A stretch of 64,000 bases of DNA from Gammaproteobacteria bacterium (GCA_965222155.1 CBDCTH010000004.1:480001-544000), one strand, 5' to 3'; numbered from the stretch's first letter, positions 1 to 11,466 are shown. A program made the numbers and translations. The notes: generated by a model not told the origin, from the letters alone.

Positions 1-1
1 C

Positions 2-307
2 AATCTCATGGAGGACCGCGCCACGCTGCGAATTTCCAGCCAGCATATTGCCAACTGGTTCTACCATGGCATTGTGACCAGGGAGCAGGTGATCGATGCC
101 TTTAAGAAGATGGCGCCCCTGGTGGACTACCAGAACGCCGAGGACCCCCAATATATCAACATGTCCCCTGACTTTGATAAGAGTATCCCGTTCCAGGCGG
201 CCCTGGACCTGGTCATCTGTGGTCGTGAGGAACCCAACGGCTATACGGAGCGGGTACTGCATGCACGCCGGCGTGAATATAAAAGTGGGCAGGGGAACAA
301 CAACTGA
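2..307 (+). CDS. glcB: Malate synthase G, C-terminal part (5' end outside window)
   Basis: [17 protein letters not shown] and QPNGYTE-like (EPNGYTE) motifs typical of the malate synthase G C-terminus. Confidence 0.9.
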   Translation, partial: NLMEDRATLRISSQHIANWFYHGIVTREQVIDAFKKMAPLVDYQNAEDPQYINMSPDFDKSIPFQAALDLVICGREEPNGYTERVLHARRREYKSGQGNNN

Positions 308-419
308 GTGAGGGCACGGGCAGCCTTAATTTATTAAGTATGCGTTTGACCCAGTAAAATATTGCATTGCACAATCAAAAGTAATAAAATAATCTTACTT
401 ATTACTGATGGAATAATCG

Positions 420-1235
420 ATGCAAATACAAGATAGAGTTGCCGTTGTTACAGGTGGGGCAAGTGGTATCGGCCGCGCCGTCTCTCTGGAATTGGCCCGC
501 CGCGGCATTAAAAAAATTGCCGTAATCGATCAATCTAAGCAAACGGAAATTGCCGTCGAACAGGTAAATAACGAAATTGCCCGGGATGTGGCGACAGCTT
601 ACCGCGGGGACGTGTCAGATGACGGGTTCCGCGCTCAAGTCTATGATGAGATTTGCGACAAGTACGGGATTCCCAGTATTTGCATCCCTGCCGCCGGCAT
701 TACGCTTGATGCGCTGGCCATCAAGCTCAACAAGGATACCGGAAAGGCCATCATGTACCCCAGGGAAAGCTTTGAGCGGGTGGTCAATATCAATCTGATC
801 GCCCCGGTCTACTGGGCTATGGAGATGATTTCACGTATCGCTGAGGACAGGGTGCTGCGCGGAATGAAAAAATGGCACCCCGAGGAGCATGTGCAGGGGA
901 CCGTGATCTTCATCGGTTCCGTGTCGTCTCAGGGGGTCAAGGGCCAGATCTCCTACGCATCCACCAAGGCCGGACTGGAGGGCGCGGCAGCGACGCTGAT
1001 GAAGGAAGCGATTTATTACGGCGTCCGTTGCGGGGTGATCCATCCCGGATATACCGATACCCCCATGGTTCGGGCGCTGGGGGATGACTATATAGAAAGC
1101 CACATCCTGCCGGATACCCAGATCAGCAGGCTGATCCGGCCCGATGAAATAGCCGATGCGATCTGTTTCATGATTTCCAACTCAATCGTATCCGGCCAAC
1201 TGTGGGCGGACGCCGGCTGGCATCCGTCGGCGTAA
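420..1235 (+). CDS. Short-chain dehydrogenase/reductase (FabG-like)
   Basis: TGGASGIG nucleotide-binding motif and YASTK catalytic motif. Confidence 0.85.
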   Translation: MQIQDRVAVVTGGASGIGRAVSLELARRGIKKIAVIDQSKQTEIAVEQVNNEIARDVATAYRGDVSDDGFRAQVYDEICDKYGIPSICIPAAGITLDALAIKLNKDTGKAIMYPRESFERVVNINLIAPVYWAMEMISRIAEDRVLRGMKKWHPEEHVQGTVIFIGSVSSQGVKGQISYASTKAGLEGAAATLMKEAIYYGVRCGVIHPGYTDTPMVRALGDDYIESHILPDTQISRLIRPDEIADAICFMISNSIVSGQLWADAGWHPSA

Positions 1236-1241
1236 CTCGCT

Positions 1242-1360
1242 CGCCATGCCGGGCTTGACCCGGCATCCATTCTGATAACGTGTCGCCCCTGGCGACACAA
1301 TATTAGACTGGATACCGGCATTCGCCGGTATGACGAACGGGGGCATTCGCCGGTATGACG
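1242..1360. repeat. CGTC-type REP pair (family A) with internal TGTCGCC-GGCGACA hairpin and a duplicated outer arm
   Basis: cgccatgccgggcttgacccggcatcca (1242-1269) faces ctggataccggcattcgccggtatgacg (1308-1335); extra ggcattcgccggtatgacg ending at 1360. Confidence 0.85.
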
Positions 1361-1374
1361 GCAAGTACCGGGCG

Positions 1375-2151
1375 TTATTCGATGACTAATTGTGGTTCGT
1401 CTTCCAGTCCTATTTCGAATATATCGTCATAGCCCTCGGAGGGCGGATTGCCGTCGTAAATCAGGTACCTGCGTTGTTGCAGGTAAGCCTCCCGGGTGAA
1501 GGAGTAGGGATCGATGGACGCCTCCTCGACGAATTCCGAAGCCTCCAGCAGGTTTGCCCTGTCATTGATTAAATTCAAGGCAGTGACCGGCAGCAGGAAA
1601 ATAGAGGAAATATAGCTGAACGGATTAGTAAAATAACTGCTCGCCACATCAGGGCTGTTACGCGCAGTGTACGGGCCGAGGAAAGGTATGTACAGGTAAG
1701 CGCCCTGGTCGACACCCCATACCGCCAGGGTCTGGCCGAGGTCCTCATCATTTTCCTTCATTCCCATTGACGTGGCGACATCGAACAACCCGCCGATCCC
1801 GATTGTAGAATTCACAACGAACCGGGTTACGTCAGAGATGCCCTGGCCGAGCTTTCCTTGCAGGAACGAGTGCATAATAACGTTCAGGTATTCCAGGTTA
1901 TCAAAAAAATTCGTTACGCCGTCACGCACCGGTTCCGGGGTGACTTTTACATAGTTTTTTGCGACAGGGGTCATGATATGCCGGTCGAGCGCGTCATTGA
2001 ATTTATAGAAGCCCCGATTGGTATCTTCATAAGGATCCGGGTTGACTTCCCCGTCGATGGTTTGATTGCCGACGCAGCCCGTAACCAGGGCAGCTGCAAG
2101 TAGTACTGCGAATAAAGAAACCGGACGATTCAGCCTGTATTCATTCATCAT
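1375..2151 (-). CDS. mlaA: MlaA/VacJ family lipoprotein
   Basis: Lipobox LVTGC, DPYEDTNR, NSTIGIGGLFDVA, EDLGQTLAVWG motifs. Confidence 0.9.
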   Translation of the reverse strand: MMNEYRLNRPVSLFAVLLAAALVTGCVGNQTIDGEVNPDPYEDTNRGFYKFNDALDRHIMTPVAKNYVKVTPEPVRDGVTNFFDNLEYLNVIMHSFLQGKLGQGISDVTRFVVNSTIGIGGLFDVATSMGMKENDEDLGQTLAVWGVDQGAYLYIPFLGPYTARNSPDVASSYFTNPFSYISSIFLLPVTALNLINDRANLLEASEFVEEASIDPYSFTREAYLQQRRYLIYDGNPPSEGYDDIFEIGLEDEPQLVIE

Positions 2152-2193
2152 TACTGCTGTTCCTCATAGCTCATAAACTGGTTCGCAAGTCAG

Positions 2194-2805
2194 TTATTTT
2201 CTCTCCATCCCGTCAATTTTAGATAAAATTTCTGTAACAAGTCCATTGTATCCTTTTTCTTTTATAACGGTAGCATATTCAGCCCGTTTTAACGACAGGT
2301 CATTCACGCCGTTGGCGCTGACGCTGACAATATACCACTTTCCTTGTTTTTCGTGCAGCAGATAATCCAGCGATACCGACTCGCCGGCAGGCCGGCGCAG
2401 TTCAGTCTTGATCAAAACCCGCCCCTTTCTTAACGGCACACGGGAGATTTCCAGAAACTCCTCGCCATCATAACCGTTGAAACGGGAAGCATAAGTGGCC
2501 GTGCTGAGGAGGCTGAATATCCTGGTGAATTCAGCTCTCTGCACCGCGTCGAGCTGATCCCGGTAGCGACCCAATACAACATCCGTGATTAACGGAAAAT
2601 CAAAACAGTCGCTGATAAGCGGCTCCAGTTCCCGGTAGCGCCCCTGGTACCCTAATTCTTCAGCCCGTTGCATGACACTAAGCAGTTTCCTGTGAAATTC
2701 ATCCACAATCGCGCCAGGCCCATCCATTTCCCCCGCGCCGGCCGGGAAGGACAGCCATAACAGCAACAAAGCGTAAAACAGGCAAGACAGCAATCTCGTA
2801 TTCAT
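2194..2805 (-). CDS. hpnM: HpnM / MlaC (Ttg2D)-type periplasmic lipid-binding protein
   Basis: Signal peptide, ATYASRF and LDYLL...WYIVSVSANGVNDLSLKRAEY motifs; lies in the hopanoid operon. Confidence 0.75.
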   Translation of the reverse strand: MNTRLLSCLFYALLLLWLSFPAGAGEMDGPGAIVDEFHRKLLSVMQRAEELGYQGRYRELEPLISDCFDFPLITDVVLGRYRDQLDAVQRAEFTRIFSLLSTATYASRFNGYDGEEFLEISRVPLRKGRVLIKTELRRPAGESVSLDYLLHEKQGKWYIVSVSANGVNDLSLKRAEYATVIKEKGYNGLVTEILSKIDGMERK

Positions 2806-2826
2806 GTCAATGGTTCCCGCTGATTA

Positions 2827-2973
2827 GGGTTTTGGGCGTTGTTATTCCGCGACTAGCGCCAGAGCCTGCCCCTGCATGCCGTAAGCAGGGGGACGAGCGC
2901 GGGCCAGAGCCTGCCCCTGCATGTTGTAAGCAGGGGGATGGCCCACGGAGCGGCCAAACAGCCCCCAAAACCC
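2827..2973. repeat. Palindromic element family E with two nested 28-bp inserts
   Basis: gggttttggg...cccccaaaaccc arms; second copy at 28067-28168 in the opposite orientation. Confidence 0.8.
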
Positions 2974-2999
2974 GGCGGTCAGAACCTACTGCCATCATT

Positions 3000-4124
3000 T
3001 CACCCCCCGGACGCCCCAGCATAACTACGCTGTTTCCAGTCCGCGCCAGCCCCGGTCCAGTGGCGCCAGGCGGAACTCCAGGTCATCAGCAGGTAAAGCG
3101 CACCGGCAAGGGGTAATCCAACGCACCAGAACGGATTGATTTCATAGTAACGCAGGGTGGGCAGGAAACTTGCCGCCATCAGGAGCAAGCCGGTAACGGC
3201 AAGTAACCGGGTAGCAGGGTCTGCGCAGAGCAGGCCGGCTACGGGCAACACAAAGCCGGCCGAGAGCAGGGCGCTGCATAACAGCAGCAGTCCGATGGAA
3301 TAACGCAACTGGGTAAAAGCAGTCCTGGCGACCATGTTCCAGATGCCCGACAGCCCGTCATAACGGCGCCGGCTGTGGGCAGAGTGTGATAAACCAATCC
3401 AGGTGGCAAAGCCGGCCTGCCTGAATTGGCGGGCCAGCGCGCAATCATCGATTAAACTGTTTTTTATCGCCTCGAAACCACCCACCTGCACAAGTGAGTC
3501 AAGCCGCAGCAGGATACAGCCGCCGGCCGCAGCGGCAACTGCTTTTGAACCGGAGTTAGACAAGTGAAACGGATAAAGCAGCTTGAAAAAATAAACAAAA
3601 GCCGGCATCAACAGCTTCTCCCAGAACGAATCCATGCGCAGGAACGCGAGTAAGGACACCAGGTGCAGGTTTTGTTCCCGCATCCTGGTTTGCAGAGCCG
3701 GGATGGCGCCCGGTCTGAGGCGGATATCAGCATCAAGTAACAAAATGGTTTTTGTCTTCACCAACGGCAGGCCCTGTTGCAATGCCCATAACTTGCCGCT
3801 CCAGCCGGGCTCCAGCGGACAGCCGTTGATAATTGTCAGGTTTTCGATATTTTGACAGCTAGCCTCAACAACAGTTGCATCGGAGGATTGGTCGTCGACC
3901 AGGACGATATGCAGGTTTTGACCCTGAGCGTCAAGGCACAGCAGGGTGTCGGCGATGACATCGGCTTCATTCCTGGCCGGAATCAATACGGTGACATCGG
4001 ACAAGTCAGCGGCCTCGGCGTCGTCCGCTTCCAGTATTTCCCTGATACGCCAGGGTTGCCAGGGAAGCGCCAGGATACCGGTCCAGAGAATGACTCCCGG
4101 TATGACGAGCCAGGCTGGATCCAT
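3000..4124 (-). CDS. hpnB: Hopene-associated glycosyltransferase (GT2)
   Basis: IPARNEA, DDQSSD, GWSGKLWA, LIDDCALA, WNMVARTAFTQL motifs; next to hpnH. Confidence 0.85.
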   Translation of the reverse strand: MDPAWLVIPGVILWTGILALPWQPWRIREILEADDAEAADLSDVTVLIPARNEADVIADTLLCLDAQGQNLHIVLVDDQSSDATVVEASCQNIENLTIINGCPLEPGWSGKLWALQQGLPLVKTKTILLLDADIRLRPGAIPALQTRMREQNLHLVSLLAFLRMDSFWEKLLMPAFVYFFKLLYPFHLSNSGSKAVAAAAGGCILLRLDSLVQVGGFEAIKNSLIDDCALARQFRQAGFATWIGLSHSAHSRRRYDGLSGIWNMVARTAFTQLRYSIGLLLLCSALLSAGFVLPVAGLLCADPATRLLAVTGLLLMAASFLPTLRYYEINPFWCVGLPLAGALYLLMTWSSAWRHWTGAGADWKQRSYAGASGG

Positions 4125-5278
4125 TAAGCGACTTGTTTGTCTTGGTTGTCTTGTTTATTGCTACGGATTATTACCGGCGCGGGTTTGAATTCCGCAACCA
4201 GTTTGGGTTTCGACAGTACTGCATCTTCATCGTAGAGGATGGGCAGTTCAGGGGTCATGTCCCCGGAAGTCCTGGGTCCCAGCACGGCTGCTTTCAACGC
4301 TTTCCACGGACGTTTGACAGCGTCTTCAACGGCTGATGCCTCGTAACCACAGTGTACCATGCAGTTGGCGCATTTCGGATTACGTCCGTTGCCGTAATTT
4401 TGCCATTCCGTTTCTTCCATCAAAGCCTTGAATGTCGGCGCATAACCCTCACCGACCAGCAGGTAACAGGGTTTCTGCCAGCCGAAAACGTTCCTGGTAG
4501 GATTGCCCCAGGGGGTGCACTGGTATTGCTGGTTGCCTGCCAGGAAATCCAGGTACAGGGATGACTGGTTAAAACGCCATTTTTTTCCAACCCCTGATTT
4601 AAAGATGTCCCGGAACAACTGTTTGCTCTCTTTGCGTTTCAGGAAGACGTCCTGGCGCGGCGCTCGTTCGTAACTGTAACCCGGGGATATGGTGACCCCT
4701 TCGACGCCCAGCCCCATGGCCATGTCCATGAACTTCGCCACTTCGTGCGCCTGTTCGCCCTGGAACAAGGTGCAGTTGATAGTCACCCGGAAGCCTTTGC
4801 TCCTGGCCTTTTTGATGACTGAAACACACTTATCGAAGACGCCGGGGCGGCAAACGGAGGCGTCATGCCGGTCCCGGTTGCCGTCAAGGTGAATGGAAAA
4901 AGTCAGGTAGGGAGAGGGCGAATAGTCATTCATGCGCCGGTCCAGCAGCAAGGCATTGGTGCACAGGTAGACATATTTCTTTCTGGCCGTGAAGCCGCGC
5001 ACTATCTCCGGCATATCCTGGTGGATTAATGGCTCCCCGCCGGCGATGGAGACGACCGGGGCGCCGCACTCGTCAACGGCCTGCATGCACTCTTCAACGC
5101 TGAGGCGTTTGTCCAGTATCTCCTCCGGATAGTCGATCTTTCCACAACCGGAGCAGGCCAGGTTGCAACGGAACAGGGGTTCCAGCATCAGCACCAGGGG
5201 AAAGCGCTGTTCGCCGCGCAGCTTTTTCCCAAGAATGTATTTCGATATGCGAAGTTGTTGAGTTAACGGTACAGCCAT
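4124..5278 (-). CDS. hpnH: Adenosylhopane synthase, radical SAM
   Basis: LMLEPLFRCNLACSGCGK (CxxxCxxC), CTPWGNPTRNVFGWQKPCYL, CANCMVHCGYE. Confidence 0.95.
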   Translation of the reverse strand: MAVPLTQQLRISKYILGKKLRGEQRFPLVLMLEPLFRCNLACSGCGKIDYPEEILDKRLSVEECMQAVDECGAPVVSIAGGEPLIHQDMPEIVRGFTARKKYVYLCTNALLLDRRMNDYSPSPYLTFSIHLDGNRDRHDASVCRPGVFDKCVSVIKKARSKGFRVTINCTLFQGEQAHEVAKFMDMAMGLGVEGVTISPGYSYERAPRQDVFLKRKESKQLFRDIFKSGVGKKWRFNQSSLYLDFLAGNQQYQCTPWGNPTRNVFGWQKPCYLLVGEGYAPTFKALMEETEWQNYGNGRNPKCANCMVHCGYEASAVEDAVKRPWKALKAAVLGPRTSGDMTPELPILYDEDAVLSKPKLVAEFKPAPVIIRSNKQDNQDKQVA

Positions 5279-5549
5279 CTGTAGCCTGCTTTTCTGATTA
5301 TCAGTTAAAGATAGAGCGTTTCAGTAGACCGAAACGCGCTCATCCGAGTAAAATATAGGATAAACATCCCAAAGTACAGGATTGTTATGCAATTTAACAT
5401 AAAAACCAGGGTAACTTCATATTATTCGGATAGAATTTTTCATAAACACGGGTCAGCGGGAACCGCTGCAAGGTGAATGCCGTAGTTGCAAGCCGCCGGG
5501 TTTCTGCTTAAAGTAACCGTTCACGACAGAGGGATAAAGAGAACTATTC

Positions 5550-7409
5550 ATGACAGAGCAAATTGAGACGCCTTTACTGGATCAAATAGAATCTCCCGTT
5601 GACTTGAGGCGTCTGCCGGAAGATAAACTGGAACCGCTGGCGCAGGAAATGCGTGCGTTCCTGTTGCATTGGGCCAGCAGGAACGCCGGTCATTTTGCCG
5701 CCAGCCTGGGCGCAGTCGAGTTGACGATTGCCTTGCATTATATTTTTAATACACCTGATGACCGGCTGGTCTGGGATGTGGGCCACCAGGCTTACGGGCA
5801 CAAGATCCTCACCGGGCGCCGCGACAGGCTGCATTCCATCAGGAAACATGGCGGGCTGGCGCCCTTCCCGAAACGCGACGAGAGCCAGTATGATACGTTT
5901 GGCGTGGGTCATTCGAGTACGTCCATCGGCGCCGCTCTGGGTATGGCTATTGCGTCCCGACACACGGGAAGCAGGCGCAAATGTATCGCCATCATCGGCG
6001 ACGGCGGGTTGACGGCCGGCATGGCCTTTGAGGCCTTGAACCATGCCGGTGACGCCGGGGTCGACCTGCTGGTGATATTGAATGACAATAATATGTCCAT
6101 TTCCCCCAACGTGGGCGCCCTGGCCAACCGGTTTGCCCAGTTGCTGTCCGGGAAGTTTTACACGACGGTGCGGGAGCGGGGCAGGAAAGTCCTGTCGCAT
6201 GTACCGGGTGCGCTGGAGATATCGCGGCGCGCGGAGGAACACATCAAGGGCATGATCATTCCGGGGGTATTGTTTGAGGAATTCGGTTTCAATTATATCG
6301 GCCCCGTTGACGGCCATCATCTACCGACCTTGCTGACGACCATCCGCAATATCAGACAGTTGGAGGGGCCGCAGTTTCTCCATATCATCACCCGCAAAGG
6401 CAAGGGGTACGGTCCGGCGGAGGCCGATCCGGTGAAATGGCATGCGGTGAGTAAACCGTTCGATCTGGAGACCGGCAAGGCGTCAACTCCGAAACCGGCG
6501 CAGCCTGCCAAGCCGACCTACAGCCAGGTGTTCAGTGACTGGGTGTGTGACATGGCAGCCCGGGATGAGCGTCTGGTGGCCGTGACGCCGGCCATGCGCG
6601 AAGGATCCGGACTGGTGCGGTTTGAACAGGAATACCCGGATCGTTATTTTGACGTGGCCATCGCCGAGCAGCACAGTGTTACCGTTGCCGCCGGGATGGC
6701 CTGCGACGGCCTGAAGCCGGTGGTGGCGATCTATTCGACCTTTCTGCAGCGGGCTTATGACCAGGTGGTGCATGACGTGGTGAACCAGAAGCTGCCGGTG
6801 TTGTTTGCCATTGACCGAGCCGGCGTGGTCGGCGCAGACGGGCCTACCCATAACGGGTCCTATGATTTCAGTTATTTACGTTGCCTCCCGCACATGGTGG
6901 TGATGGCGCCGGCAGATGAGAACGAGTGCCGGCAGATGTTATATACGGGGTTTTTGCTGGACCAGCCGGCGGCAGTGCGTTATCCCCGCGGCAGCGGTCC
7001 CGGCGTGGCGGTTGAGACAGAGATGACGGCATTACCGCTGGGCAAGGGGGAAATACGCCTGCGGGGTAAAAAGATCGCGCTGCTTGCTTTCGGGAGCGCT
7101 GTGAAGCCGGCGCTGGAGGCAGGCGCTGAGTTGAATGCGACAGTGGCGAACATGCGTTTTGTGAAACCGCTGGACGGGGAACTGGCAGCCGAATTGGCTG
7201 CGACCCATGATTTGCTGGTTACGGTGGAAGAGAACGTGGTCCAGGGAGGAGCGGGGAGCGCGGTAAATGAATATCTTGCATCACAGGGGATAATGCCGCG
7301 CATTCTCAACTACGGTTTGCCGGATCGCCTGCTGCAACATGGCTCCCAGCAGGACATGCTGGAAGATGCAAAGCTGACCAAAGCGGGGCTGCTGGAGTTT
7401 ATCGGTTAA
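5550..7409 (+). CDS. dxs: 1-deoxy-D-xylulose-5-phosphate synthase
   Basis: [24 protein letters not shown] (TPP), [16 protein letters not shown] motifs. Confidence 0.97.
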   Translation: MTEQIETPLLDQIESPVDLRRLPEDKLEPLAQEMRAFLLHWASRNAGHFAASLGAVELTIALHYIFNTPDDRLVWDVGHQAYGHKILTGRRDRLHSIRKHGGLAPFPKRDESQYDTFGVGHSSTSIGAALGMAIASRHTGSRRKCIAIIGDGGLTAGMAFEALNHAGDAGVDLLVILNDNNMSISPNVGALANRFAQLLSGKFYTTVRERGRKVLSHVPGALEISRRAEEHIKGMIIPGVLFEEFGFNYIGPVDGHHLPTLLTTIRNIRQLEGPQFLHIITRKGKGYGPAEADPVKWHAVSKPFDLETGKASTPKPAQPAKPTYSQVFSDWVCDMAARDERLVAVTPAMREGSGLVRFEQEYPDRYFDVAIAEQHSVTVAAGMACDGLKPVVAIYSTFLQRAYDQVVHDVVNQKLPVLFAIDRAGVVGADGPTHNGSYDFSYLRCLPHMVVMAPADENECRQMLYTGFLLDQPAAVRYPRGSGPGVAVETEMTALPLGKGEIRLRGKKIALLAFGSAVKPALEAGAELNATVANMRFVKPLDGELAAELAATHDLLVTVEENVVQGGAGSAVNEYLASQGIMPRILNYGLPDRLLQHGSQQDMLEDAKLTKAGLLEFIG

Positions 7410-7420
7410 AACTAATCCGT

Positions 7421-7490
7421 CGCCATTCTTGCGAAGGCCGAGTAGTGGCACATGGATGTGCCGTCAACGGAGCGTAGGATGCAAATCCAG
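7421..7490 (+). repeat. Family A REP interrupted by a 42-bp family B insert
   Basis: cgccattcttgcgaaggccg + agtagtggcacatggatgtgccgtcaacggagcgtaggatgc + aaatccag. Confidence 0.8.
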
Positions 7491-7528
7491 TCGATTAAAC
7501 AATTCCTTATTCTCCTCAACCTCAATGT

Positions 7529-7577
7529 CCCGGCATCGTCATACCGGACAATCCCTGTCCGGTATGACGATGCCGGG
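7529..7577. terminator. Perfect 22-bp-arm hairpin (REP-derived) between convergent dxs and ppd; possible bidirectional terminator or RNA-stabilising stem
   Basis: cccggcatcgtcataccggaca-atccc-tgtccggtatgacgatgccggg; no clear U-tract. Confidence 0.5.
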
Positions 7578-7639
7578 CATGAGCTGCGGTTCTGTCGCGA
7601 GGCGGTGTTTATATGTCGAAGACCCGCCGGGGACAGATT

Positions 7640-8809
7640 TCAAATCTGTCTCCTGTTCCCGGCATGATCAATATGTGCCGTCAGGCGGCGCAGGATATTT
7701 TTGGGTGAGCTGGTGGGGCGGGGCAGATTACCCGGTGTGCCCGGTCTGATTTTCAGTTCCGCGAAGCGCGCGCCGTCTATGTCCATGCAGGCATACAGTT
7801 CCCTGATCACGCCCGGGTCGTTGCCGTCCAGGGCCAGGCCGTAGCCGCAGGCCGCGGCGATATCCGCAAAGCTGACGTTGGCCGATACAGTGGCTTGTGC
7901 CCCGGTCGACTCGTGGACGCCGTTGTCCAGTAATATATGGGTCAGGTTGTTTTGCCCGTAACTGCCGATGGTGGAAAAGTTTCCCATGCGCATGAGGGCG
8001 GCGCCGTCTCCATCGACAACGGTAACGTCCAGGTGCGGCCGCGCCAGGGAGATACCCAGGGCAAAGGCGGACGCACAGCCCATCGATCCCACCATATAGA
8101 TCTGGTTGCTGCGGTCGTTAATGGCGTATAACTCCCGTCCGGTGTAACCGGTTGTCCCAATCAGGATGGAATCCTGCACGGGGGTATGATTGATTATCTC
8201 CTTAAGCGCCTGTTCTCGCGTAGTGGAATTTACCAGCGTCCCCACAATACTGCTGCGCCGGCACTGCACGTATGCCCGGGAGGGAATCGATTCGCCTGTT
8301 AGCGGATGCGGGGCGACTGCACCCTGGTCCATCAGCAATGCGTACGGTCTTTGCTCTGCATCGCAATACCGGGTTGCCCGTTCCAGTACGGGACCGATAG
8401 CCCGCTGTTCAACCGGGAAGGGCTCCCAGGGTATGTCCATCAGGTCGAACAGGTCGCCCGTGATTTTCCCCATCAGTTCATGCTGCGGCTCATCCTTGCG
8501 GCCTGGCTTGCCGCGATGGGTGACAATGAGTAATACGGGTACGGCAAAAGTATGCGCCAGCGACGTCAACGGGTTGACCGCATTGCCCAGGCCCGAATTC
8601 TGCATCATAGCGACGGCGCGCTGGCCGCCCAGTGTCAGTCCGGCTGCAGTGGCGACCGCATCGCCCTCATTGGCGGATGAGATGTAGGACAGTTGCTCAT
8701 CATTGATGACGTAATTGATGAACGGGGTCAGGTAGGAACACGGCACGCCGGTATAGCGGCTGAAACCGTGACCTCGCGCAGCCTCAATGAATGTTTCAGC
8801 GGTAATCAT
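7640..8809 (-). CDS. aepY: Phosphonopyruvate decarboxylase
   Basis: GVPCSYL, ANEGDA, QNSGLGNAVNPLTSL, DEPQH, GSMGCAS, DGDGAALM motifs. Confidence 0.95.
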   Translation of the reverse strand: MITAETFIEAARGHGFSRYTGVPCSYLTPFINYVINDEQLSYISSANEGDAVATAAGLTLGGQRAVAMMQNSGLGNAVNPLTSLAHTFAVPVLLIVTHRGKPGRKDEPQHELMGKITGDLFDLMDIPWEPFPVEQRAIGPVLERATRYCDAEQRPYALLMDQGAVAPHPLTGESIPSRAYVQCRRSSIVGTLVNSTTREQALKEIINHTPVQDSILIGTTGYTGRELYAINDRSNQIYMVGSMGCASAFALGISLARPHLDVTVVDGDGAALMRMGNFSTIGSYGQNNLTHILLDNGVHESTGAQATVSANVSFADIAAACGYGLALDGNDPGVIRELYACMDIDGARFAELKIRPGTPGNLPRPTSSPKNILRRLTAHIDHAGNRRQI

Positions 8810-8910
8810 ATTTTTCTGTTTCAGCCGATGCAGAGTAATGACAGGATAGAGTTGCTGCTACAGCCTATCCAAACCTGTCTCTCCGGAACTGCATTAACCA
8901 TTATTAAAGA

Positions 8911-10530
8911 TCAATCAGTAGTAAAATCACCGGCCCTGTCTATATCATTGACGCTGTTCACGTCCAGCCAGTGGCCGTTTATGTAGTGGACGGTGATGGT
9001 CCTGCCTTGCCCGGTCAGGTGGTTGAGCAGGTCGGGCAGGGTCAGTTGATCAAAGCCGGGCTGGTTTTCCAGGGAATCCAGCGCCTGTTCCAGCCATTTC
9101 CTCCCTTCTGCCCTGACCCGCATCATGCCTGTCCAGCGACCGGAGGGGGGGTCAGCTTCGGGGGTTTTTTGTTCCGAGATGCGTTGCAGCTTGACCTTCT
9201 GCATGAACATGGAGCGGTCATCGGGTTTATCGCACCAGGCATAGTCCGGGGTGCCGGTGATCTCAATCTCGTCAACCAGGGAGTCGACGACAATGACTAT
9301 TTCACCGTCCCGTTCCAGCAGGTCCTGCAGGATATACGACCGGAACAGGAGATCGCCGTAGGTGATCACCATATCGTCGTTGAATTTATCCCTGGCGCAG
9401 GCCAGTGAATAGAGTTCACCCGTGGTTTCATAGGCAGTATTCAGGCGCATATCGACGCCGCTGACGTCCAGCGTTTCCGACTTGTACCCGGCAATGACCG
9501 TGATATCGTTGACGGCGCGTTTTCTGAACTCATCAACCAGTCTTTGCAGCAAAGGTTTGCCGCGTATATTCAGCATCGCCTTGGGCCGGTCTTCGGTCAG
9601 ATCATACAAGTTGTTGCCGCGGCTCGCCGCCAGTACCAGTGCGCGGCATTGTCCGGGTGTGTTCAGGTAACGTTCCTGCGCCCGCAGCAATTCGTCCGCG
9701 CCCTGCAGAATGAAAATGCTGTCGACGCTGGTGATGCGGTCTTCGACGCCGGTCAATGTTTCCTGTTCGAAAATTTCCCTGCTTACGTTTTCCATGGCCC
9801 TGACTGACGCGCGGATCATGTGGTTGGCCCAGATAACCAGGCTGATCCCGGCTTTCCTGAATACGTCTACGGGTGTGCTGTAGTATTTTGTCGGTACGAT
9901 TATCAGGGGGCAGGCGCCGTCCCATTCCCTGGCGAAGGCGATGATTTCATCCGGGCGTGATTGCCTGCTGTGTATCAGGATGGCATCGGCCCCGGCTGCG
10001 CAATAAGCCTCGGCCCGTTTCAGTGCCTCATCCATGCCCCAGCCCGCGATCAATGCCTCCACCCGCGCAATAATACAAAAATCAGGGTCTTGCCGGCTGT
10101 CCTTACCTGCCCGGATCTTGCCGCAAAATTCATTGGTATCGGCCAGGGCCTGTTTCTCGCTGTCTATGAAGCTGTTGGTCTTGGGGAATTCCTTGTCTTC
10201 TATACAGACCCCGGCTATGCCGCGTTGTTCGAGTTTTCTGACCAGGCGCCGCATATTATTGAAGTTGCCGTAACCGGTATCGCCATCCAGCAGGATCGGG
10301 ATATCCGTGGCGTCGGACATGAATTCCAGCATGTCGACGACCTGGGTCCAGCTTGCCTCATTACTGTCCCTGACGCAGAACTGGGCCGACATGGCCAGGC
10401 CGCTGGCCCAGATCCCCTTGAACCCTGCCTGCTGCACGAGTTTGGCCGAGATGCCGTTATGGGCTTCCAGCATGAACTCCAGTTCGGGAGATTCGAGCAG
10501 GTCGCGTAATTGTCTGCTTTTAGCCCGCAT
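8911..10530 (-). CDS. aepX: Phosphoenolpyruvate mutase with C-terminal nucleotidyltransferase domain
   Basis: PepM signature EDKxxxxxNS ([10 protein letters not shown]), DGDTGYG; second domain LAASRG...PKAML. Confidence 0.95.
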   Translation of the reverse strand: MRAKSRQLRDLLESPELEFMLEAHNGISAKLVQQAGFKGIWASGLAMSAQFCVRDSNEASWTQVVDMLEFMSDATDIPILLDGDTGYGNFNNMRRLVRKLEQRGIAGVCIEDKEFPKTNSFIDSEKQALADTNEFCGKIRAGKDSRQDPDFCIIARVEALIAGWGMDEALKRAEAYCAAGADAILIHSRQSRPDEIIAFAREWDGACPLIIVPTKYYSTPVDVFRKAGISLVIWANHMIRASVRAMENVSREIFEQETLTGVEDRITSVDSIFILQGADELLRAQERYLNTPGQCRALVLAASRGNNLYDLTEDRPKAMLNIRGKPLLQRLVDEFRKRAVNDITVIAGYKSETLDVSGVDMRLNTAYETTGELYSLACARDKFNDDMVITYGDLLFRSYILQDLLERDGEIVIVVDSLVDEIEITGTPDYAWCDKPDDRSMFMQKVKLQRISEQKTPEADPPSGRWTGMMRVRAEGRKWLEQALDSLENQPGFDQLTLPDLLNHLTGQGRTITVHYINGHWLDVNSVNDIDRAGDFTTD

Positions 10531-10731
10531 TACTCACCACCAGGGGTATATTTTCTATCTCCAGGGTATCCTTGAACAGGTATGAATCTACCGGATCGTA
10601 CAGGTATATCTGCCTGTCCTGTTCCGGTTTGATTGAACACAGCTCGGGATAACTGCCTGTATTTATACTATTTCGGGCAGTTGACTGCCTGAATTTTACT
10701 GATTTCCGATAATTTATGTAAGGGACAGGCA

Positions 10732-11466
10732 TTATTTTGCTTTGAACATCTGTGCCGCGCGTTCCGCGTCGGCGGGAAAATCTATCTCGATCCAGTCCCG
10801 GCCGGTGATATCCTCAAATTGGAACAGACCCGGCGTTTCCCTGAGCAGGTCACGGATCGCATCTTCGTAGGGTTCGTCGGCGCGGTTATTCTCGAGGTAT
10901 TCTCCCGTCTTGTGAGCGAGGCGCGCCGATACGGCGGCGTCGAAACGGAAAAAGCCCACTGATTCGCCCTGGTAATCCCAGGTTATATTCGTATCGGGTA
11001 TTTTTCTGAACTCCACCAGCGTATTGCCTGCTACGCATAGTTTTACCGGCTCATCGCCGGGTTCGAAATCCCGATCCAGCAGGAAGCAATTGCCGTACTG
11101 CGTCCTGAACAGGCTGCCAAGGACCTCCGGGTCATACAGCACGTCGGCATCCATCAATATACTGTCTGCCCCGTCGGTCAAAAAATCATATGCGCAATGC
11201 AGGCTCACGACGCTGCCCGCTTCATAGTCCGGATTGACGATGGTTTCGACGGACGCACGACTTTCGACCTGTTCCAGCGCCGCTTCGATTTGATCGTGAC
11301 GGTAACCCGTAACGATGATTATCCGGTCCGTACCCAGGTCATTCAGGATTTCCATGTGCCGCTGCAGCAGGGATTTACCACCGAACTGCAACAAGCATTT
11401 CGGCCGGCCCGCGGCAACGTCCCCCAGACGGTTTCCGCGGCCTGCGGCGAGGATTATTGCTTTCAT
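10732..11466 (-). CDS. Phosphocholine/phosphonate cytidylyltransferase family protein (LicC/PntC-like)
   Basis: IILAAGRGNRL...PKCL, DADVLY, GESVGFFRF, WIEIDFP motifs. Confidence 0.85.
   Translation of the reverse strand: MKAIILAAGRGNRLGDVAAGRPKCLLQFGGKSLLQRHMEILNDLGTDRIIIVTGYRHDQIEAALEQVESRASVETIVNPDYEAGSVVSLHCAYDFLTDGADSILMDADVLYDPEVLGSLFRTQYGNCFLLDRDFEPGDEPVKLCVAGNTLVEFRKIPDTNITWDYQGESVGFFRFDAAVSARLAHKTGEYLENNRADEPYEDAIRDLLRETPGLFQFEDITGRDWIEIDFPADAERAAQMFKAK

Noticed and set aside
5574-6320. Long antisense ORFs (also 42149-43006, 58851-59675, 61245-61988)
   Set aside because: Shadow ORFs opposite well-supported genes, expected at this GC content
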